Of a stretch of DNA of 64,000 bases, positions 57,426 through 64,000 are shown piece by piece. The DNA is from Bacteroidales bacterium (GTDB lineage: Bacteria; Bacteroidota; Bacteroidia; Bacteroidales; VadinHA17). The notes below the pieces were generated by a model. It searched no databases, was not told the origin of the DNA, and saw only the letters and a list, made by a program, of their open reading frames with translations. Positions within the stretch are counted from its first letter, which is position 1. The number at the start of each line of letters is the position of its first letter. The DNA lies in NCBI GenBank assembly GCA_046329885.1, contig JAXLTU010000011.1:14184-78183 (forward strand). The letters are read 5' to 3'. The position numbers were made by a program, and so were the translations under genes.

Positions 57426-57944
57426 ATGGGTTTCCCCGACAGACTTCCTGCAGAGTTTTATAAACGCGATGTCCTTAATGTTGCACCTGACCTGGTGGGA
57501 AGGGAATTAGTAATTGCTCACCCTGGACAGGAGACTACATGTCATATTATTACCGAAACAGAGGCCTACAGGGGAGAAGATGACAGGGCTTGTCATGCCA
57601 GCAAGGGCAGGACAAAGCGAACAGAGATAATGTATCATGAAGGAGGGGTAGTCTACATGTACCTTGTTTACGGTATGTACTGGATGTTAAATATCGTGGT
57701 GGCCGGTCCCGATCAACCCCAGGCCGTTCTCATCAGGGGTCTTGATGGTGTTTATGGCCCGGGAAGACTGACAAGGCTCCTTGGGTTAGACGGTTCTTTC
57801 TACGGTGAGGATTTAACAAGATCAGGCAGGCTCTGGCTGAGCAAAAGAAAGAATAGTCTTGCTGTCTCAACGGCGCCCAGGATCGGAATAGAATACTCTG
57901 GTGAGCCATGGAAGAGCAAACCATGGCGGTTTACAGCGAAATAA
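57426..57944 (+). CDS. DNA-3-methyladenine glycosylase (Mpg/AAG family)
   Basis: VAPDLVGRELV, ITETEAYRGEDDRACHA and GVVYMYLVYGMYWMLNIV. Confidence 0.85.
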   Translation: MGFPDRLPAEFYKRDVLNVAPDLVGRELVIAHPGQETTCHIITETEAYRGEDDRACHASKGRTKRTEIMYHEGGVVYMYLVYGMYWMLNIVVAGPDQPQAVLIRGLDGVYGPGRLTRLLGLDGSFYGEDLTRSGRLWLSKRKNSLAVSTAPRIGIEYSGEPWKSKPWRFTAK

Positions 57945-57949
57945 GAGAA

Positions 57950-59056
57950 TTAAAGTTTGTACCCTAACAGGTTAAAGAACCTGTCGAACTTCAGATGAAG
58001 ACAGAGTGCATTGTCAAACCTGTTTTCCGAAGGGTCGTAGAATCCCTCGAAAGCAGCATAAAACTCCAAATAATCAAAAGGGCTGTAAGATATTTGTGCC
58101 GAAATTGTAATAAGATCACGATCGCGGATGATAGTATTCTGGTAGTCCGATACACTGCTGAATATCCTGTTCCCCAGCGGGGCGAAGAAGTCATGAGACT
58201 TCCAATAGCCCCCGGAAATATCAAAAATCCCTCGTGAAAGAAGCAACCGGATATGATTAGCATACCCGCTCGTAACTCCAAAATCCCCTTTGCCGGTGAG
58301 TTCCTTGAACAGGAAGGCAGTATATTCTATTCCTGCAGTATACCTGCTATTTGAAACTGGTACGTTCAGTTTCACCCCGCCTGTCAGGTTAGCAGTTGTT
58401 ATTACATGCTGCGGGTAATTACTTATCTGACCGCCCAGGTGTCTGAATACCAGGCTTGCCGGGAGCTCAAGGCTGAATTTATCATCCTTGTTTCTTAATA
58501 TGTATCTGAATGATTCACCGGCATTGATAATCTCTCTCTCGGTGTCACCCTTGAAAATGAAGTGTTCCCAGTCAATCCAGGTGTCGCTTGATATCCTTTC
58601 ATTCCGGGAGATTACCTGGAGTCCATTTTCAACGAAATCCGTATATATCCTTTCCTTGTTAAATACCTGATCGGGGAGGTCATGAAACGCCGCACCCTTT
58701 ATTGTCCCGATTGTCAGGGAGGTAGATTCAGTAAACTGGTAGGTTGTTGAGAATATCAAACGGGGTTTTTCCGGTTTTGCAGTACCATTATAATTAAGTA
58801 TATGAGCGCCGAATGACAGGTTTAGTTTATTATCAGCATGGAATTCGATGGTTGGTTGAATGTACCAGCCTGTAAGGGTGTACCCTTCAGCGAGAGGATT
58901 GAAATACTCGTTATTCCTGAAAAAAGTGTTGCTCCTTACTCTGATTGCAAGCCTGCTGCTATCGCCGGGTGAATGCTGGAGACTCTGCCCCCGCGTTAAC
59001 AGGGGAAAAGACAGTAAACAGAATAATGCCGTGAATAGTTTTGTTTTCATCATCAC
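57950..59056 (-). CDS. hypothetical outer-membrane beta-barrel-like protein
   Basis: Signal peptide MMMKTKLFTALFCLLSFPLLTRGQ and alternating beta-strand-like pattern, ending FNLLGYKL. I recognise no family. Confidence 0.45.
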   Translation of the reverse strand: MMMKTKLFTALFCLLSFPLLTRGQSLQHSPGDSSRLAIRVRSNTFFRNNEYFNPLAEGYTLTGWYIQPTIEFHADNKLNLSFGAHILNYNGTAKPEKPRLIFSTTYQFTESTSLTIGTIKGAAFHDLPDQVFNKERIYTDFVENGLQVISRNERISSDTWIDWEHFIFKGDTEREIINAGESFRYILRNKDDKFSLELPASLVFRHLGGQISNYPQHVITTANLTGGVKLNVPVSNSRYTAGIEYTAFLFKELTGKGDFGVTSGYANHIRLLLSRGIFDISGGYWKSHDFFAPLGNRIFSSVSDYQNTIIRDRDLITISAQISYSPFDYLEFYAAFEGFYDPSENRFDNALCLHLKFDRFFNLLGYKL

Positions 59057-59174
59057 CCGGGAAAAATTAACAAAAATCCAGCAAGTTAAATTGAAGTTAA
59101 ATGGTTTGAGTTACGCGGCTTTATGATAATTTTTTTCGTTCTTTGCGATCAGAAAATGAAAATGCTGTTCAGAC

Positions 59175-62100
59175 ATGAATTCATCTTACCGGACATTCAG
59201 GCTTTGGAATAACATTACCGGGTGGGTTTTGTTTCTTGTAGCCACTATCACTTACACGCTTACCCTGGAGCCCACCGTTAGTTTCTGGGACTGCGGGGAA
59301 TTCATACTTTCAGCATTCAGGCTGCAGGTTGGTCACCCCCCGGGAGCACCGCTTTTCCTGATGATGGGCCGGGTGGCTTCACTGTTTGCCGGGAGTGATA
59401 CTTCAAAAGTTGCCTTCACCATCAACATGATGTCGGCGATTTCAAGCGGGCTCACGATAATGTTTCTCTTCTGGACTATTACGCATCTTGTGAGGAAAGT
59501 TTATTCGGGGGGGAAAGGCCTGGAAACATCCAAAATACCTGTCATTATCGCCGCCGGTATTCTTGGTTCGCTGGCGTATACTTTTTCCGATACTTTCTGG
59601 TTTTCCGCCGTTGAAGGAGAGGTATATGCCCTTTCCAGTCTTGTTACAGGTTTCGTTTTCTGGGGAATGTTGAAGTGGGAGGATGAGGCTGACAAACCTT
59701 ATTCCGGCAGATGGATTATCCTGATCGCTTACGTGATGGGGCTGGGGATCGGCATTCACCGTCTTAACCTGCTCGTGATACCGGTTCTGGTTTTCGTGTA
59801 TTATTTTAAAAAGTTCGAGGTAACTGCAAGGGGTCTTATAAAGACTTTCCTCCTGTCTGTTTTTCTTCTCTGGCTTGTTGTATTCGTGATAATGCCTGGT
59901 ATACCTACCGCCGCCGGGTGGATTGAACTTGTTTTTGTCAATACGCTCGGTCTGCCATACAACTCCGGATTATACTTCTACCTGGTGCTCGTTGTCGCCG
60001 GGCTTGTATACGGGATGTGGTATTCCATTAAGAAGGGCAAGGTCATTTTAAACTACGTGCTGACGATACTCACCGTTATCTTTATCGGGTACTCATCATA
60101 TGCCATGATAATGATCAGATCAGCTGCCCGTCCTCCCATGAACCAGAATGATCCTTCCGACGTCTTTTCGTTCATATATTATATTAACATGGAGCAATAT
60201 GGCTCCAATCCCAAGTTTTATGGAAATTACTACAGCGCACCACTGATTGGAAGCTCCAAAAAAGTAGCCGGTTATAACAAGGTGAACGGCAGGTATGAAC
60301 CATATTATCGCATTGAATACAAGTATAGTAAGCAATTCGAGACTCTTTTCCCCAGAATGTACAGCCAGGAACCGGATCACGAGGAAGCTTATAAATACTG
60401 GGGCAAGATTAAGGGTAGAAAGTACTCCATACAGTTGCCTTCAGGCACGAAGAAGACTGTAGTCAAACCAACTTTCGGTGAAAACCTGAGGTTCTTCTTC
60501 AGGTACCACGTGGGTTACATGTACATGAGGTATTTCATGTGGAATTACGCGGGCCGGCAGAACGATATCCAGGGTAATGGCAATCCTCTATATGGAAACT
60601 GGGTTAGCGGAATAGGATTTATAGATAATGCCAGGTTAGGTGACATGAGTAAAATGCCTGAAGAAATACTCACTAACAAGGCACATAATACCTACTTCCT
60701 GCTTCCATTCCTTTTGGGGTTAGCCGGGATGTTCTGGCATTACAGGAAGAGCAGGAATGACTTCTGGCTTGTCATGGGTTTCTTCTTCATGACCGGGCTG
60801 GCCATCGTGCTGTACCTTAACCAGTACCCGAATCAGCCAAGAGAACGAGACTATGCTTATGCAGGATCATTCTACGCCTTCGCGATATGGATTGGACTTG
60901 GTCTCATGTATATCTACGAGCTGCTCGTTAAGGTTATCCCTGAACGTGTTGCCCAGGTAACGGCATTTGTCATTCTTCTCCTTGCAGTGCCGGTGAGGAT
61001 GGCTTCACAGAACTGGGATGATCACGACAGGTCGGGAAGGTATACCGCCAGGGATATCGGGGCTATTTACCTTAAATCGACGGATAAGAACGCTATACTT
61101 TTCACGTATGGAGATAATGATTCTTTCCCGTTATGGTATTGCCAGGATGTTGAAGGCATAAGGACAGATGTGAGGGTGGCAAACCTGAGCTACATCCAGG
61201 CTGGCTGGTATATAGAGATGATGAAGCAAAAAGCATTTGATTCAGATCCACTCCCCATAACTCTCGACAAATCGAAATACATTGAAGGGAAAAGAAACCA
61301 GCTGCCGATTGACGAACGGGTAGTCGAACCTGTTGAGATCAGGAAAGTGGTTGACTTTGCCGCGCTTGATGATAAGAATGCCATGGTTGATATCTCCGGT
61401 AACGGGGACCTGATGAATTACATCCCTGCCAAGAAATTCCGCATCGATGTTGACAGGAATACAGTCCTCTCGAACGGTACTGTCAAACCTTATTTTGCAG
61501 ATAGTATCGTTTCGCCGATGATTTGGGATTACACCGAGACCGATGCCTTTAAAGGGGATCTTGCAATAATGGATATGTTCTCGACGATGAACTGGAGCAG
61601 GCCGATGTACTTTTCAACAACAGTCCCTTCGGCCCAGTACAAAGGACTGGAGAAATATTTCGTGCAGGAAGGCCTTGCTTACAGGGTGGTGCCTATTAAA
61701 ACCGGTAAACCTGAGCAGGGCGAATATGGTATAATTGATCCACAGGAGATGTATAATAACCTCATGAATAAATTTGAATGGGGCAACGCCGCTGATCCTG
61801 GTGTGTATCTCGATGAGAACAACAGGCGCATGTTTGGTAACTTCAGAAGGCTGTTCGGGAGCCTGGGTAAACGTCTGCTCGAGGTAGGAGATACAACGAG
61901 AGCTCTTGAAGTTGCACGCAGGGGACTCGAAATAGTACCTGAATCTAAATTGCCATATGATTATTTCGTCACAGGTATTGCCGAGACATTTATCAGGGCC
62001 GGGCACGCTGAAGAGGGATTAAAGATAATTGATACAGTAATTAAATACTCGACTGATTACCTCGCTTACGCTGTTACACTGAAGGGAGACAAGAGGTTTG

Positions 62101-62246
62101 GCATGGATTACCCGATCGGTTTAAACATGCAGACAATGATTGAAATATACCGGATGTCGGAGGCTCTGAAGCTCACGGATCTGATGAAAAAGATCGAGCC
62201 AGACGTGAGCCGGTTCTATTCAATACTGTATACCGGATCTAACTAG
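59175..62246 (+). CDS. DUF2723 domain protein (GT-C fold, TMEM260/PMT-like putative glycosyltransferase)
   Basis: 1023 aa. N-terminal EPTVSFWDCGEFILSAFRLQVGHPPGAPLF is characteristic of DUF2723. It has many TM helices and a large C-terminal soluble part. Confidence 0.8.
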   Translation: MNSSYRTFRLWNNITGWVLFLVATITYTLTLEPTVSFWDCGEFILSAFRLQVGHPPGAPLFLMMGRVASLFAGSDTSKVAFTINMMSAISSGLTIMFLFWTITHLVRKVYSGGKGLETSKIPVIIAAGILGSLAYTFSDTFWFSAVEGEVYALSSLVTGFVFWGMLKWEDEADKPYSGRWIILIAYVMGLGIGIHRLNLLVIPVLVFVYYFKKFEVTARGLIKTFLLSVFLLWLVVFVIMPGIPTAAGWIELVFVNTLGLPYNSGLYFYLVLVVAGLVYGMWYSIKKGKVILNYVLTILTVIFIGYSSYAMIMIRSAARPPMNQNDPSDVFSFIYYINMEQYGSNPKFYGNYYSAPLIGSSKKVAGYNKVNGRYEPYYRIEYKYSKQFETLFPRMYSQEPDHEEAYKYWGKIKGRKYSIQLPSGTKKTVVKPTFGENLRFFFRYHVGYMYMRYFMWNYAGRQNDIQGNGNPLYGNWVSGIGFIDNARLGDMSKMPEEILTNKAHNTYFLLPFLLGLAGMFWHYRKSRNDFWLVMGFFFMTGLAIVLYLNQYPNQPRERDYAYAGSFYAFAIWIGLGLMYIYELLVKVIPERVAQVTAFVILLLAVPVRMASQNWDDHDRSGRYTARDIGAIYLKSTDKNAILFTYGDNDSFPLWYCQDVEGIRTDVRVANLSYIQAGWYIEMMKQKAFDSDPLPITLDKSKYIEGKRNQLPIDERVVEPVEIRKVVDFAALDDKNAMVDISGNGDLMNYIPAKKFRIDVDRNTVLSNGTVKPYFADSIVSPMIWDYTETDAFKGDLAIMDMFSTMNWSRPMYFSTTVPSAQYKGLEKYFVQEGLAYRVVPIKTGKPEQGEYGIIDPQEMYNNLMNKFEWGNAADPGVYLDENNRRMFGNFRRLFGSLGKRLLEVGDTTRALEVARRGLEIVPESKLPYDYFVTGIAETFIRAGHAEEGLKIIDTVIKYSTDYLAYAVTLKGDKRFGMDYPIGLNMQTMIEIYRMSEALKLTDLMKKIEPDVSRFYSILYTGSN

Positions 62247-62852
62247 ATGAGGTTTTTCAGAACCTGGCCCATTGCTGCCTGGATTTACCCGGCAGCCCTG
62301 TTCAGGCTGAAAACTTCCCTGAAAGAAATAGTTCTTACATTCGATGACGGGCCTGACCCGTCATCTACTTTAATTATACTTGATATACTTCGCGAGTATA
62401 ACGCCAGGGCAATGTTTTTCTGTTCAGGCAGGAAGGCTGAGAAATATCCCGGGCTAATTGATGAGATAAGAAAAGCAGGCCATGTTTTAGGCAATCACGG
62501 GTATGATCATCTTGATGGTTTAAGGACAGGTTTAAATGAATATTTGCTGAACGCGTCGAGGGCCGACAGCTTTACTTCAGATGTCTATTTCAGACCTCCC
62601 CGCGGGCGAATGGGTATTCGTCAGTATCGCGATCTCTCGCGAAAATACAGGATAGTAATGTGGGATTTGATGCCATATGATTTCGACCTTGACCTTGATG
62701 ATAAGGCAATATTGGATGTTCTTACAAGGAAAACACGGCCCGGATCAGTGATAGTTTTACATGATAGCAAAGACAGTTCGGGACCTCTGATTCTTCGCTC
62801 CTTCCTTGATTGGGCCATGAAGGAAGGTTACTCGTTTGTATTACCCGTTTGA
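62247..62852 (+). CDS. polysaccharide deacetylase (NodB homology / CE4) family protein
   Basis: LTFDDGPDP and GNHGYDH. Its ATG directly abuts the preceding TAG. Confidence 0.8.
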   Translation: MRFFRTWPIAAWIYPAALFRLKTSLKEIVLTFDDGPDPSSTLIILDILREYNARAMFFCSGRKAEKYPGLIDEIRKAGHVLGNHGYDHLDGLRTGLNEYLLNASRADSFTSDVYFRPPRGRMGIRQYRDLSRKYRIVMWDLMPYDFDLDLDDKAILDVLTRKTRPGSVIVLHDSKDSSGPLILRSFLDWAMKEGYSFVLPV

Positions 62853-62917
62853 AATTCAAAATGTAATAGAGTTATTTTCCGGTTTAATACTACATTTGGA
62901 TTTATAAATAACACTTT

Positions 62918-64000
62918 ATGAAGGTACTTCTATTAGGTTCGGGTGGGCGCGAGCATGCGATCGCCTGGAAGCTGGCACAGAGTCGCAAACTCACTTCATT
63001 GTTTATTGCCCCTGGTAATGCCGGTACTTTAACCTGCGGAACAAATATCTCACTGAATCCTGAAGATTTTCATGCAGTCAGGAAGTCGGTTCTCGAGCTC
63101 TCGATAGATGTTGTTATAGTAGGCCCGGAGGGGCCACTGGTCGCTGGAATTCATGATTTTTTCCTTGGAGATCCTGAACTTTGCAAGGTACCTGTTATTG
63201 GTCCTGTCAGGGCCGGGGCTCTGCTCGAGGGCAGCAAGGATTTCGCGAAAGCATTCATGGAGAAATACGAGATCCCTACCGCGGCGTACAAGTCATTCGA
63301 TAAATCAACATTCCAGGATGCGATTACCTTCATGAACAGCCTTCAACCTCCCTATGTACTGAAAGCTGATGGTCTTGCCGCAGGCAAGGGTGTAGTGATT
63401 CTCGATTCAATTGAAGAGGCAACCCGGGAACTTGAATCAATGTTTAACGGGAAGTTCGGTGATGCCGGTAACAAGGTTGTTATAGAACAGTTCCTTGATG
63501 GCATCGAAATGTCTGCTTTCGTTATAACCGATGGCAAATCTTACAAGATACTGCCTGGTGCAAAGGATTATAAACGGGTTGGTGATGGTGATACGGGACT
63601 TAACACAGGTGGAATGGGGGCGGTATCGCCCGTGCCATTTGCTGATGTTGCCTTCATGTACAAAGTTGAAAAGAGGATCATAAAGCCGACCATTGAAGGA
63701 CTCCAGAAAGAAGGAATTGATTATAAAGGCTTCATCTTCTTCGGGTTAATGAATGTTGATGGCGATCCCTTCGTTATCGAGTATAACGTGAGACTTGGGG
63801 ATCCCGAAACCGAGGTAATAATGCCAAGGATCAAGTCTGACTTCCTCGACCTTGTTGAAGGTGTTGCCAGGGGTGACCTTGGCAAGAGAAAGATCAAGAC
63901 CGATGACAGGTGTGTTACGACAGTAATGCTGGTTTCAGGTGGTTACCCCGGAGAATACGAGAAAGGGAAGGAAATTCACGGCCTTGCTAATGTTGCTGAT
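62918..64000 (+). CDS. purD: phosphoribosylamine-glycine ligase (partial; continues beyond the window)
   Basis: Not in the track because it is open-ended. My translation reads [22 protein letters not shown]..., followed by ATP-grasp segments ([15 protein letters not shown]). Confidence 0.9.
   Translation, partial: MKVLLLGSGGREHAIAWKLAQSRKLTSLFIAPGNAGTLTCGTNISLNPEDFHAVRKSVLELSIDVVIVGPEGPLVAGIHDFFLGDPELCKVPVIGPVRAGALLEGSKDFAKAFMEKYEIPTAAYKSFDKSTFQDAITFMNSLQPPYVLKADGLAAGKGVVILDSIEEATRELESMFNGKFGDAGNKVVIEQFLDGIEMSAFVITDGKSYKILPGAKDYKRVGDGDTGLNTGGMGAVSPVPFADVAFMYKVEKRIIKPTIEGLQKEGIDYKGFIFFGLMNVDGDPFVIEYNVRLGDPETEVIMPRIKSDFLDLVEGVARGDLGKRKIKTDDRCVTTVMLVSGGYPGEYEKGKEIHGLANVAD

Noticed and set aside
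1-64000. Defence island, prophage, conjugative element, CRISPR-Cas, toxin-antitoxin pair or large biosynthetic cluster
   Set aside because: I looked through all ORFs of at least 60 aa. I found no nucleases, helicase/ATPase defence signatures, reverse transcriptases, phage structural genes, relaxases, small paired toxin/antitoxin ORFs, PKS/NRPS domains or clustered repeats with spacers.

Overview
This 64-kb chromosomal segment looks like a Bacteroidota (Bacteroidia-like) genome. The taxon call is an inference from three things: gene families (FISUMP lipoprotein, SusC-type STN/CarboxypepD_reg domains, DUF5916, DUF2723), TAnnTTTG-type -7 promoter boxes, and a conserved minus-strand block rplM-rpsI-rpsB-tsf-(DUF2892)-pyrH-frr.

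I can support about 50 protein genes, one tRNA-Leu(CAA), several intrinsic terminators and a short octamer tandem repeat.

- **Housekeeping genes:** dxs, purD (partial), an S41 C-terminal processing protease (partial), dCMP deaminase, crcB and corA.
- **Accessory and envelope genes:** crtI/crtB-like carotenoid genes, GH3 and GH16 glycosidases, a heterodimeric ABC exporter, two AMP-binding ligases, two DUF5916/CBM9-like paralogs, an anaerobic sulfatase maturase, a penicillin-acylase-family protein, and an O-antigen-ligase-like / DUF2723 / deacetylase cluster.
- **Not found:** I saw no transposase, integrase, CRISPR array, restriction or other recognisable defence system, and no prophage.

The most unusual item is a minus-strand ECF sigma / FecR anti-sigma operon (42.6-47.0 kb). 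Its partner protein has the STN signalling domain and a CarboxypepD_reg domain but is too short to be a TonB-dependent barrel, and a paralog sits upstream.

Five genes are interrupted by frameshifts. Three of the sites I could resolve are repaired by adding one base to an A or T run, so assembly indel error is at least as likely as real pseudogenes. This also limits confidence in fine coordinates.

All family assignments come from reading motifs in the translations by eye. No database search was run.
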